A stretch of 64,000 nucleotides of DNA from Squalus acanthias (lineage: Eukaryota): NCBI GenBank assembly GCA_030390025.1, contig CM059432.1:39558001-39622000 (forward strand). The letters run 5' to 3'. The notes below the pieces were generated by a model that was not told the origin of the DNA, searched no databases, and worked only from the letters and a program-made list of their open reading frames with translations. The position numbers were made by a program, and so were the translations under genes. Shown one piece after another: positions 36,264 to 48,789 of this stretch. Position 1 is the first letter of the stretch. Every line of letters begins with the position of its first letter.

Positions 36264-37365
36264 TGCGTCTGCGCTCGCCTGAAGTTGCTGTTGGATTTAT
36301 GCATAAATAACAGTGAGCACTGTTAGCCTCACTGTTATTTTTACAGTAAATTCTGGCACATTGTCTTCACTGCAGTCTGCCATTGAGCACGAAGTACCGC
36401 CAATAGCAACTGCAGGCTCTCTGTGACAAATATCCCATTTTTGCTAATGGATGCTCACTTGGACAGTGTTCACAGATAACCACCATGGAGGATTCAAACA
36501 TTTTATAGAGGCTCACTTTTCTACATTTATTCAGATTGACCACTGGGCTATGCAAGGAAATGGCGTTTAGCAGTGGTGTGAATGCAGAAGCACAGGATTA
36601 GTAGCATGATATAATAGTGTGCATGTATTCAAATGAACTGGGTTAATGCCTTTGTTAAGACAGCACATAGAGGAATTTTCATATAGATGCATTAACACTG
36701 AAACTCAGACTGCAGAATCCAACTATGACTGGTTTAATCAACAAACATACGACGTACAAACATATGAAAATGACAAACAGGAAAAGAAAGTCTGGTCCAT
36801 CAAGTCTGTGCCACACAATCATGATGCCTGAAGCATCATGATAGACAACCCCTACCCACCAGCAGCCATGTAATCTCCTGGGAGATGCTTCACTATTATT
36901 CCTTAATACTTACTCTCTTATGTACAACAGAAATAGCACTAAGCAGAACAGCAGGTTCACATGTAGTATTTCATGTATTCTCACTCATGATCTGTGTGCC
37001 TTGTGTTGCTTTTTATATAACAGCACTGTTTTAATGGCCATTTTGACCAGAATATGTGTGTTGTTAAGAGTGAAAATCTAGAATCAGAAAAGCCAATGTG
37101 ACTCTCTGTTTTAATTCTTTTTTAATCATTTGAAATAATAATCATGTAAAAATTTATTGCCAGCCTATCATATCACTCAGATCCAAAAATCTTTCCATTG
37201 CCAATTTTTAGATCATTTTAAAACTCATCATGCATTGGGGTAGATTTATTTTACCTTATAGTCAACTTTTATTTGCATGCTGGTGTGATACTATCTTAAC
37301 TACAAATTTATGGTCTTAATTTATAGGTTGCAACTATTAATCTTCTTTCACATAAAGCCATAGAC

Positions 37366-37670
37366 CTGGCTAATGGTAGGGTGGTGCACTAGCTTTGGAC
37401 GTGGTTCTTTTACCTCTGGAACCTTTGTCAAATCCAGTTCAGACTGATGGAATGAATTTTCCTCTATCTGCTGGCTGTCAGAATGCTATCTGAAATAACT
37501 TTGGAAATTACTAGTCCAGTTCCTGTTGGGCTTAGGTCCATCAAAACTAAAAAAAATAGCAAAGTGCTGCTAAATTGACAATCTTTCTCATGCTGTCACT
37601 ATATTTACTCTGCAATTTTTCTCCTGGCTCTTACAGATTAAGAGCTGGAACTACCTCTCATGGATTTGGC
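37366..37670 (+). mobile_element. LF-SINE-like relic
   Basis: Colinear blocks recalled from the LF-SINE consensus: tttacctct, aaatccag, atctgctggctgt, ctatctgaaat, agtccagttcct, gaactacctctca. Not aligned computationally. Confidence 0.65.
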
Positions 37671-37681
37671 CAGATTATACT

Positions 37682-39686
37682 GGGCTGGATATTACCAGCC
37701 CTGAGGAGACGGGGTTAGAGGCGGGACTGCTGGGAAAATCAAAAAGCATGGGAGCGGGTCCCGAACCCGCTCCCAACCTGCCTCCAATCAATCTTCCCGA
37801 TTTGCGCAGGGACCCAATGTGAAGGAATAAGCCATATAACCTATTCAGAAAAATACACTATCTTATGAAAGAATTCTGGCCTTATTAAAACATGACAAAC
37901 TAGGTTGGGAAATTTAGAAACCTAACTATGAAATAGCTATGAAAGAATTCTGGCTATTGAGATAAGACAGTTGTTGATCCTGAATAAATAACCTTATTGA
38001 AACAGAAGGTGCATGGCTCCGACAGGCTGACTTTTGGGAACAAAAACAATGGTTCACCCTGGATAAGGTGTTTTAATTTAAACTTCGTAAAGATGGCACA
38101 TAAGATAAGGAACATCTGCCCTCGTAAAGATGACATAAAATAAGAAACACCTGCCCTTCACACCATTTTTAAATGGTAAACCCAGAACACCTGGAGATGA
38201 GACAAGATTCTGGAATATTACAAGCTGATGTGGCAGTAAGAATTGCAGAGGTTGGCAGAAAGATGAATAGGGATAATTAACTTGGGTCAGTAGAAACTTT
38301 AAAGGAAATACCACTGAAAAAGGGTATAAATATTGAACTCTCAAATGGGATATCAGACTCGCTTTAATCGGGCAAAGCGATTCTTAGCTTCAGAGGTGGC
38401 TCTGTAGTCTCCAACTCTTTGTACCTCGGGGATCAAAGGGATTTGATATTGATGGATATCCTGTATAGAAAACTTTAAGAACTGTAATACTGTTGCGAAG
38501 TTAAGATTTAAAAGTAAGATTCTCTGTTAATAATAAGATGGTATTTTTTCTCTTTTTAGAACTGTTAACGTTGCAATTGACTGATTCACCAAATGTAAAT
38601 TGCATATCGGTTCTCTTAATAAATATTTTTAGAATTGTCTCACATAAGTCTTCTGTATCAATAACTCGCAAACTCAATATCTGTATACTCTTTAGTGAAG
38701 AGTTACAGAATTCTGAGGGAGTTTTCCGGACCCTCATAATATCCGGGATGTTACAGTCTAGCTAAACTTATTAAAAGCGCTATCTAGAGGATGGTAACAT
38801 TCTCGGGTTGTTCCTTTCCTTTAGGGAGAGATAGCTCAGACCTTTAGACCCAATTAAGCGTCTTTAGGATTCGGCTACCTCAAACTTTAGTTGAACGTGA
38901 ACGTCTGAGAAATACGCCTGATCCGGGGTAGCCCTAAAGGGGCTAGGACTAGTAAATATCCCTTCACCAACTCCTAGCGGCGGAAAGAGGATTATAGCTA
39001 CTTAACTGCCTGTTAACATGTAGTTAACAGGCAGTTAAGAGGCTTTTTCCCATTTTGCGATGTCTGCTGCGGGCTTCCCGACGTCGGGGAACCCTGCCAG
39101 GGGAGGTGAGGTGTGCTGTGGGACTGATGTAACGTTTGTGTATAGATGACAGCTGCAGGAGTCGTGTGAAGGATGCAATGGGAAACTGGTGAGTATCAGG
39201 GGTAAGGAAATGTTGGGAAAGTTATTTTTAACATGTTTAAATTTTTCTGTAGGTGACAAACTTTGAAGTGTTTGTATGGCCTCACCTCATTGGGAGAAGT
39301 GACAGATCGCTTCTGTACACTCACCTGCAGCTGCCATCTGTTTTATCCTAAGGAGAGAGTCATTGGAGAGTCTGAGTGCAAGGGCTCATCTTTGTACAGT
39401 GATTGTCAGTGTTTGACAGCACCTCAATGCTGACAAACACTGTCAAATCATCTGTCAAAAATAAATGTTGCATGTCACTTTAAGAAAACCGGCAGATGAA
39501 GCGTCATCAACTGACGTCATCTGACACCGGCTTTCCCTTAATTGGCCAGCAAGCCCGCAGGCCGGGCTTAACAAGGCCAATCAGGGGAAAATAGCGTCTG
39601 TGCATCGGACATCGCTGGGGGCGGGACTAGAACCCGGAAGGCAGCAGTCCCGCCCCCAACTCGTCTCGGTAAGTAAAATCCAGCCC
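37682..39686. mobile_element. Non-autonomous PIF/Harbinger element (family A) with nested solo LTR
   Basis: TIR GGGCTGGATATTAC / GTAAAATCCAGCCC; ACT TSD (37679-37681 / 39687-39689). Confidence 0.9.
37818..38966 (+). mobile_element. Solo LTR, 1149 bp
   Basis: TGTGAAGG...CCTTCA termini; exact CCAA TSD (37814-37817 / 38967-38970). TATAAA ~38325. Homologous to the reverse complement of 44715-45853. Confidence 0.92.
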
Positions 39687-41141
39687 ACTGTCTCTTCACC
39701 TTTGTCCAGATTCTGCATTTTCATCATAAATGTGTATGTATGCTCAAGTATGTGCAAAGCATTATGTCTTGTGTCTTGTATGCCATGTGCCTTTCAGCAA
39801 TGATGGTACTCCACCATTTAGTGGGAAAGAAATATTTTATATTCATTCTCGGGAGTGCCACTGGCAAGGCCGGCATTTATTGCCCATCCATGGTTACAAC
39901 TGAGTGGCTTGCTAGGCCACTTCAGAGGGCAGTTAAGACTCAACCACATTGGTATGAGACTGGAGTCACATATAGGCCAGACCAAGCAGGCTTAAATTAA
40001 TTTTAAAACGTGCCACAGTTCATCAGAAACTGTCAGTTAAAAAATCCTGCCACATTACCTGCAAAATTCAAAGTTCTTCTGGCTCTTCCACAGGACTTCC
40101 AGTTTACCCGCTCCTTTTACTTTGTTACTGTCTTTAAGGACAATGCAGTGACCAAATATCCTCCTCCCTGATTTTTCAGCGTTATTCTGCTAGTGTGGCT
40201 CCTGGCCAGAAATTCACTCTCTTAGACCGAAGTCCATTTCTTCACCGCTTCTGGATCTGATGGTGACCTCCAACTTCGCCACCATTTTTCTGCCCCACAA
40301 TCGATTCTGCACATCTCCTGGCTTTTCATTACCACGGAAATACCTCCAGCAGTGCATCCTTCGAGGCTCTACCTTTCAAATAGCTTCTGGACTTACCCTC
40401 CACACCTGGACATCAGTTCGTCGCCGCTCCAAGCTGACTCCACTCTATCTACGTCAACTTTATCTCATCACGGGACCTTTGACTTTAACTTTGGACTCCG
40501 GCCTATTATCTCCTCCCTTTTCTCCCTTTAATTACTAGGACATATCTATCCTAAACTTGTTATGTAACCACAGCTATGTAACTAAGTTTCCCTGGTCGGA
40601 ATTTTCACATTGCAGAGCGTGTGGGTTTGGGAGTGGGTTGGCAGTTAAAAGTGCTGAAATTGACAGCGCGTTGGGAACCCGCCATCATCCTGCCGACTTC
40701 CGCATTCAACTGGGGTGCATTTCAAAGCAGGCCACGGACCCGCTCGGGAGAGGCAGGCGACCTGATTGAGATAGTTAACTGCTCGTTGAGAGGCCCTTAA
40801 CAGCCTTTTTAACATGAGATTTCAACTTTAACTGGTTGCGCAGGGGATTCACAGTCCTCGGGAACCTCGCCTGTGAAGGCAAGGTGGGAGCTCAGTGGCC
40901 ATTGTGCTACTTCATTACGTGACAGCTAGAAAAAGCACATAAGTACACACACCTTACACCTGCTTCCTTGCCTAAGGGAAAGGCTCTTGCTGACACCATT
41001 TTGTGCAGAGATTTTCTTTCAGGAGTTTGCAGGTGATGTCTGCAACCTCGGAAGCCACTCTCACCACATTACAAGTCACTCTCACTACATTGGAGGATTG
41101 TACCTCTGTTCTCCACTTTACCTGCCATCTATCAGATCAGC

Positions 41142-43611
41142 ATGGGTGGCGCTTATGGTGTTTCACCTTGGACCTCAGATTTGGACTAAGATGAGCCCCA
41201 GCACCAACAACACCAGCAGCAGCAACAACAACTCTTCTCTTAGGCAGTCCCTCGGAACCGAGGATGACTTGCTTCCACACTAAAAATGAGTTCTCAGGTG
41301 ACTGATGAGTCCAATGTGGGACCTACAGTCTCTGTCACAGGTGGGGCAGACGGTGGTTGAAGGGGCGGGTGGGTGGGGTGCTTGGGTTGACATGCGCTCC
41401 TTCCGCTGTTTGTGCTTGGCTTCCGCTTGCTCCCGGCGAAGAGAGTCGAGGTGTTTGGCGCCTTCCCAGATGCTTCTCCTCCACTTTGTGCGGTCTGGGG
41501 CCAGGGATTCCCAGACGTCAGTGGGGATGTTGCACTTTTTCAAGGAGGCATCGAGGGTGTCCTTGAAGTGTTTCCTCTGCCCACCTGGGGCTCTCTTGCC
41601 GTGTCGGAGCTCCGAGTAGAGCGCTTGCTTTGGGAGTCTCGTATCGGGCATGCGGACAATGTGGCCTGTCCATCGGAGCTGATCAAGCGTGGTCAAAGCT
41701 TCGATGCTGGGGATGTTGGCCTGAGCGAGAGCACTGACGTTGGTGTGCCTATCCTGCCAATGGATTTGCAGGATCTTGCGGAGACAGCATTGGTGGTACC
41801 TCTCCAGTGCTTTGAGGTGCCTGCTGTACATGGTCCATGTCTCTGAAGCATACAGGAGAGCGGGTATCACTACTGCTATGTAGACCATGAGCTTGGTGCT
41901 GGGTTTGAGGTCCTGGTCTTCAAACACTCTCTTCCTCAGGCGACTGAAGTCTGCACTGGCACACTGAAGGCGGTGTTGGACTTCGTCATCGACGTCGGCC
42001 CTTGTTGACACTAGGCTCCCGAGGTATGGAAAGTGGTCCACGTTGTCCAAGGCCTCGTCATGGATTTTGATAATTGGGGAGCAGTACTGTGTGGTGGGGG
42101 CAGGTTGATAGAGGACCTTTGTCTTACGGATGTTTAGTGTAAGGCCCATGCTCTCGTACGCTTCGGTGAAGGTGTTGACGATGGTTTGGAGTTTGGCCTC
42201 AGAGTGTGCGCAGACGCAAGCATCGTCTGCATACTGTAATTCGATGACAGAGGATGGGACGACCTTGTATCTGGACTGGAGGCGATGGAGGTTGAACAGT
42301 TTCCCGTTTGTTCTGTAGATTAGCTCCACTCCAGCGGGGAGCTTACTGAGGGTGAGATGGTGCATTGCAGCCAGGAAGATCGAGATGAGCGTTGGTGTGA
42401 TGACACAGCTTTGCTTGACCCCGATCCGTACGTGAATTGGGTCTGTGGTGGATCCGTTGGTCAGGATCACGGGAACAACAACACCAGCAGCAGCAGCCTT
42501 CTCCTCACCAACCTGATGCTGAACAGGAGAGAAGGGATCAGCACAGGGTTACACCACACCGGAGGCGATACCCTCGACATAGGGTATACAGGCAGAGGAT
42601 GAGCTTCCTGGACATGACTGAACAGCAGTGCTTCCGAAGGCTCAGGCTATCATGTCAGGTCATGACAGACATTTGTAACTTGCTAGAAGAAGACCTGCTG
42701 CCCAGAGGACCTGGTGGACACGCCTTACCAGTGGCTGTCAAAGTCACCACCGCCCTCAACCTCTTTGCCTCAGGCTCCTTCCAGGGATCTGCAGCAGACA
42801 TTTGCAGGATCTCGCAGTCGGTCGCCCACAGATGCATCACCCAGATGACTGACGCCATGTTTCACAAGTCAGCCACTTATGTAAACTTTGCCACTGATGA
42901 AAAAGTGTGACTGAGCGGGCTTTGCGGCTCTGGCTGGATTCCCACAGGTGCAGGAAGTCATTGACTGCACACATGTGGCCATCAGGGCACTCCATCATTA
43001 CCCAGGAGTGTTTGTGAATTGCAAGGGCTTCCACTCCCTCAATGTGCAGCTCGTCTGCAACCATAAAAAGATCATCATGCATGTGTGTGCCAGATTCCCA
43101 GGGAGCTGTCATGACTGTTTCGTCCTGCACCAGTTCACCCACCCTCAGCTCTTCGCACCTCCAAACAGACTTACCAGCTGGTTCATTGAAGACAAGGGTA
43201 TCCACTGAAGACATGACTGAAGACACCCTTGAGGAAGCCAAGCAATGAGGCCAAGGAGCGTTATAATGAAAGCCACATGTCGACCAGATGTGTAATAAGC
43301 AAGCAATCGGCATGCTGAAGATGCGATTCAGATGTCTTGACAGATCTGGAGGAGCCCTTCAGTACGCACCAGCCAGGGTCTTCAGAATCATCGTCGTATG
43401 CTGCGCGCTGCACAACATAGCGCAGCATTGAGGATTGGAGCTGCAGGAGGAGCAAGGCGCACAGCGCACAGCCTCTTCGGAGGAGGAGAAGGTGGAACAG
43501 ATGGAACATGAGGAGGAGGAGGAGGAACATGAGGGGGAGATGCCTCCAGCAACGGCACACATTGTTTCCCAGGAGGCCTGGGATGGCCTCATAATGGCCC
43601 AATTTAGCTAA
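41142..43611 (+). pseudogene. Harbinger DDE transposase (HARBI1-like), disrupted by an RTE insertion, stops and frameshifts
   Basis: [64 protein letters not shown] and CCALHN motifs plus an acidic tail. Confidence 0.9.
41233..42473 (-). mobile_element. RTE-clade LINE, 5'-truncated, 396-aa open frame
   Basis: GVKQSC, LQYADD, FPYLGS and QLRWTGHIVRM motifs; C-terminal CPTC...H...H finger. AAGA-type tail; 9-bp TSD AACAACAAC (41224-41232 / 42474-42482). Confidence 0.93.
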
Positions 43612-43908
43612 GTTGCACCAGTACACCCATCTGGCTCCCAGATGCTGTACCAACTTCCCCCACCCCCCACCAACACCATAACGCAGTCCTAAAATGACCA
43701 ATCCATTCCTGTCAAACAAACACCCATTGCTCGAGGTTAAGTAATTTCTCACCATTCACTCCAAGTGACAAGGGCACTTCCCAGGTAGCAGGCTAAAATG
43801 GACAAGATGGGAAAGTAGTGCAAGGAAATAAATTTATGTGCATCATAAATAGAACTGAAGCTTAACACTAACATTTTGGCAAATACCCATGTGCATACCC
43901 TTGTGCAT

Positions 43909-44625
43909 CTACGATTGTGTCTTTTTTCTTTTCCAAGTGCTTCTACGAGGTGCTAGCCCTGTGGCTTCAGCAGAGGTAGAGGAAGGCTGCTCACTTCCCT
44001 GCTGTGACTGCTTCGATATTTTTGGCAGATGTCCTCTGGGTTTTGGAGCCTGTGAGGGCCCCACCAAAGACTTCTCCTCCTGCAACTGTGCAGAGGCAGA
44101 CTCGGCCATCGGGATCTGAGGCAGCATGTGGGGCTCTGTCTGAGGGGGAGGCAATGGGGGAGAAGTGGGAGCGCTTTGAGCAGAGCCCCCACTTCCATGT
44201 TCCCACTCAACATCATCCCTGGTAGTTAGTCAGATGGGGATGTGAGTAGGTGCATTGAGAGTGAGGGATGGTTGCACCTGCAAGGTAGGTTGGTGTGAGG
44301 AGTGACATGCAGGAATAGGCTTGGGAAGGAAGAGTGATGGGGTTGGTATGACCGGCACATCAGGATGTAGCTGAGTGTGGCATTGTACTCACCTTTCCTG
44401 ACTTTATGAGATCATTAAATCTTTTGTGGTATTGAATCCAGGAGCGGCTGACAACACCCCTGCTGCTCACTTCTTGGGTGATCTCCCTCTTGGTTTCTCT
44501 GGCTGCTCTCTTCCTGCCGCTACCAGGGAATAGGACCTCCCTCTGTGCTCTGACTCCATCGAACAGGACTTCCAGGGAGACATCCGAGAATCTAGGCGCA
44601 GCCTTCTGCCGTTGTGACTCTACCC
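43909..44625 (-). pseudogene. Harbinger Myb/SANT-like protein gene remnant (first exon ~44391-44625, last exon ~43909-44220)
   Basis: KAAPRFSDVSLEVLFDGVRAQREVLFP...SRSWIQYHKRFNDLIKSGK followed by a GTGAGT donor. Basic C-terminus APRRSTWKRKKTQS. Confidence 0.8.
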
Positions 44626-44714
44626 TTGCTTGCACCAACACAAAAGTCTTCGATATATATATAACAATAGCCACCTCTCCCAACCACCTGTATGCTCCTC
44701 CAACAACCTTCAAC

Positions 44715-46344
44715 TGAAGGGATTATTGCTAGTCCTAGCCCCATTAGGGCTACCCCGGATCAGGCGTATTCCCCAGACGTTCACCTTCAACTAAAGTTAG
44801 AGGTAGCCGAATCCTAAAGATGCTTAATTGGGTCTAAAGGTCCAGACTATCTCTCCCTAAAGGAAAGGAACAACCTGAAGATGTTACCGTCCTCCAGATA
44901 GCACTTTTAATAAGTTTAGCTAGACTGTAACATTCCGGATATTATGAGGGTCCGGAAACTCCCCCAGAATTCTGCAACTCCTCACCAAAGAGCGAACAGA
45001 GATTGAGTTTGCGAGTTTGATACAGAAGTACTATGTGAGACAATTCTAAAAATATATAGATTTATTAAAGAACCGACATGCAATTTACAGTTGGTGTTTC
45101 AATTGCAACATTAACAGTTCCAAATACAAAAAGCTTTTACAATTCTATTATCAGAGATCCTTATTCTCAAATCTTAATTTCGCTAGTTTTACAATTCTTA
45201 GTTTATTCCAGGATATCTACCATAATCAAATACAAGTACCTTGATCCCCGAGATACATAGAGTTGAAGACTTACAGAGCTTGCCTCTGAAGCTGTGAATC
45301 GCTTTGCCCCTTTACAGCGAATCTGTCTTCCCATTTGAAAGTTCAATTTTTATACCCTTTTGCAGTGGTATTTCCTTTGAAGTTTTCTGCTGATGTAAGT
45401 TAATTATCTCTAGTCATTTTTCTGTTGACCCCTGCTATTTTTACAGTTAGATCAGCTTGTAGCATTAAGAATTATGTGTAGGTGTCTCAAGCTTAACACA
45501 AAAACAATGTGATGGCTGGTGCATCTATTTGATGTCATTCTTACGAAGGCATATGTTTCTTTAATTTTCTGTGTTTCATTTGAAAGTGTTGGTTTAAGAC
45601 AGCTTAACAGGGTATACCATTGTGTTCTTTCCAAGGCTTCAGATTTTCAGGAACCTCTAACCTTCTGTTTCATTAAGGCTATTGATTCAGTGTCAACAAC
45701 TTATCTTATCTCAATAGCTTGTATGCTGTTTACAGCTTTAGATTGTTGAGGCTTCTAGATTTTCAAATCTAGTTTGTCATGTTTTAATAAAGTCAGAATT
45801 CTTTTATAGGATGGTGTATTTTTCTGAATAGGTATATTGCTTATTCCTTCACACACCCCTCTTGACCAAAAAATGAACTGGCGCATGAAGACAGAGTTTG
45901 ATCAATGTTACTAATAAGGTTACAATAGCACATTAATTTCACGAGATTCACAATCATGTGCTACATGAAAATTCCTTTTAAGTCATCCTAGGACATTGTT
46001 TTACCTTATTTTAAATTGAACACAATTTAAAAGGATGATAGGTACATAGTCATGCAATTAGCGAAACAACATGTACTTAGAATGTCCAATTGGCAGATGT
46101 ACGTTCCGTAGAGGTGAGTTATTCATACGAGTCAAGGAGATGTTATTTGGAACTAGCTGAAGCTTGACACGCTGTTCCTTCGATCCGGCGTGTGGACAGA
46201 TTCTTGTTTTCGTAAAGGCCTTGCCAGGCGCTCAGTTGATTCCTTCTTCATCCGCGGTGTTTTCCACCTTTGTTGAAGTAACTCATTGATCTTTCCTTGT
46301 TTCGGTTGTTGCTTTTCGCAAATCCAATTCCTGAGGCGTTGCAT
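44715..46344 (-). mobile_element. 3' LTR (44715-45853) plus PPT and ~490 bp of internal sequence of an LTR retroelement
   Basis: LTR homologous to 37818-38966. On minus it is preceded by purine-rich AAGAGGGGTG directly before TGTGAAGG. No TSD at that end. Confidence 0.85.
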
Positions 46345-46627
46345 AGATTTTTGGTCTCTAAAGGAATCAAAGCATGTGGAGATCGAGCGGGAAAGTGGAG
46401 TTGAGGTTGAAGATCAGCCATGATCTTACAAAATGGCGGCTCAAGAGGCTGTATGGCCTACTCCTGCTCATAATCCTTATGTTTGTAATTAGAATCCATA
46501 TGAGGTACAATTAGAGAGCATTAATCAAAAAAGAAAGACTTGCATTTATATAGCACCTTTCACAACCTCAGGACATCCCAAAGTGCTTTACAGCCAATTA
46601 AGTACTTTTGAAGTGTAGTCACTGTTC
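46345..46627. mobile_element. CR1 3' tail (+, 46345-46490) and Deu-SINE 3' fragment (-, 46528-46627)
   Basis: Nucleotide matches to 5050-5200 and 24460-24570 respectively. Confidence 0.8.
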
Positions 46628-46629
46628 TA

Positions 46630-48570
46630 CTGAAATAATCAAGGACAGTCATTACGGATTTGTTAAAGGCAAATCGTATTTGAATAAATTAATAGAATTT
46701 TTTTGTTAAAGTGATCCTTTGGATAGATAAACGGAATGCAGTAGATATAATGGCCCAGAAATTTGACTCAGAGGCTTGCCGCGGGGGTAAGGATCGCGCG
46801 CGATATCACACTCCGCGCCGGCCGTTGTGTTTTGGGCCCACAGGAACTTCGGGTCCTGGGCCTCTCCCTAGTGCCGGCGCGCAGTGTGTGCGTGTCCCAG
46901 GGGCGCAGTTAGTGCGATGCGACCTCTGGGATCACATGGGCCATGGAGACCCAATGGCAGCAGACCATCTTTCATTCATAGATTTGACAGGAGACATGTC
47001 AAATCTGTGAATTGAAAGAGACCCCAAAAGAACAGCTAAACCTCAAATAAATTTAAAAAAAACATTACATTAATAAAATAACTATAGTTAAATAAATTAA
47101 CCACTTTAAACAAAAATTTTAATTTTTTTAAAAAATTCAAAATTTTTTAAAAAGTTATAAAAATAAACTTACCTTTCTTTAAAGTCTCTAAAAAAAATTA
47201 AAAATTATACTTAATTAACTACTTACCTTGTTCAAAAGGGGTCTTACGCCTCCTTTTTACATGTGTATAATCTTCCATACTTACCCTCGCGTTGAAACCT
47301 GAAAAAAAACCTAAGTGTGCTGCGTGCGCACAGCCTGTAGTGCGCACGCGGTTCACTTAGGAACTGCCCCCTTCGCAATATCGGAAGTGCCGGTTTCCCG
47401 CGCATGCGCAGTGCATGCAGGAAACCGGCACTTCGGGATCTAATACGGGTGAGTACACAGTGCGTACTCTCCCGTATTAGGCCGAATTTTTGAACCATTA
47501 TATATGGATTTTCAGAAGATATTTGGCAAGGTGTCTTATAAGAGCTTTATTAGAAAAATTGGTACAAGTGGAAATGTAGCAGCTTGGTTATGAAGTTGGT
47601 TGGCGGACAGCAAGTACAAAGAGTTAGGGTAATGTAGAGTTAGGGTATATATATAGGACGTGGACTTGGGTATAGGGAACACAATCTCAAAATTTGCTGA
47701 CGACTCAAAAGTACGAGGTTTGGCAAACATCAAGAAAGACAGTAAAATACTGCAGGATGACAGGCAGGTTAGTAGAATGGGCTGATATGTGGCAGATACA
47801 ATTTAATTTAGCTAAGTGTGAAGTAATGCGTTTGGGAGGAAGAACAATGAAAGGGAGTATACACTCAATACAATGAAGGTTATGAAAGGGTTCAAATGCA
47901 CAATTCCCTGAAAGTGTGAGTGCAGGTAAACAAAGCCATAAAAAGGCAAATAGTATTTTGGGTTTTATTGATAGGGGTATGAAGTACAATAGTAAAGAAA
48001 TAATGATGAATTTTTACAAAACACAGGTTAGACCACAGTTTTGGGTACCCTTTTATAGAAAGGGCATTAAAGCCATAGGGAGCATATAGTGTGGATTCAC
48101 CAGGGCGATGCTAAGGATGGGAAACTATAGTTCTGAGGAGAGACCCGAGCTATTGTGACTATTTCTACTGGAGCAGGGAAGGCTGAGGAGATTTAATAGA
48201 GGGTTTTTAATATAATGGAAGGTGTTGATAGAGTGAATAGGGAAAGGCTATTTTCAGGTGGTTGCAGAATCAGTGCCGAGAGGTAGTCAATTTAACATTA
48301 CTAAAAGAGTGAGGAGAGAGGCTAGGAGAAAGTTCTTTAGCAGAGGGTTGTTGGAGCATGGAATGCTTTACCACAGGGAGTGATCAAGGCAGAGATCATT
48401 TCATACTTTAAGGGAAAATGAATTCAATATTTGAAGCAGAGGAAGATACAGGGCTATGTGGAGAGAGCAGGGCGGTGGGATGAATTTTGGACTGCTCCAG
48501 CAAAGAGGCTACATCGACACGATGGGTTGAATAGTCTCCTTCTGTGCTGTAAACATCTATGGTTCTATGC
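46630..48570 (+). mobile_element. Old CR1 LINE with nested MITE
   Basis: RT remnants (GFVKGKS, KFADD, EWADMWQIQFN..KCEVM) and CR1-type 3' UTR. Confidence 0.8.
46752..47496 (-). mobile_element. PIF/Harbinger-type MITE (family C), inverted orientation
   Basis: Ends GGCCCAGAAATT / AATTTTTGAACC; flanks AAT/ATT. Reverse complement of 30248-31011. Confidence 0.88.
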
Positions 48571-48789
48571 CAATAAGGTGCATCAGTTAATGGCATATGT
48601 AGGAGTAGTAAATTATGATGATATTGGATTCAAGAAACATAGCTCACTTCAAGAATGGGAATGAATTAAATAAACACGAGTATAAGATGTTCTGGGAGGA
48701 CTGAAAAAAGCAGGAAAGTTGGACAGGTGGTTTTTATGTTCAGGAAATTTACAACTAAGGAGGATAAGTTGATTTCCCAGAAGAAAAAC

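Larger units (their letters stand above)
33992..36359. mobile_element. PIF/Harbinger-type non-autonomous element with nested SINE and CR1
   Basis: 18-bp TIR GGGCCAGAATTTACTGTA / TACAGTAAATTCTGGCAC (1 mismatch); ATT TSD (33989-33991 / 36360-36362). Confidence 0.85.
40594..44714. mobile_element. Decayed two-gene PIF/Harbinger transposon (transposase on +, Myb/SANT gene on -, convergent)
   Basis: Left end GGTCGGAATTTT with family-A-like subterminal sequence. Both genes recognisable. Right end cut by the LTR at 44715. Confidence 0.88.

Noticed and set aside
41142..44625. Domesticated host genes HARBI1 / NAIF1
   Set aside because: Stops, frameshifts, an RTE insertion, a TIR-like end and several related copies indicate transposon relics, so no gene symbol was given.
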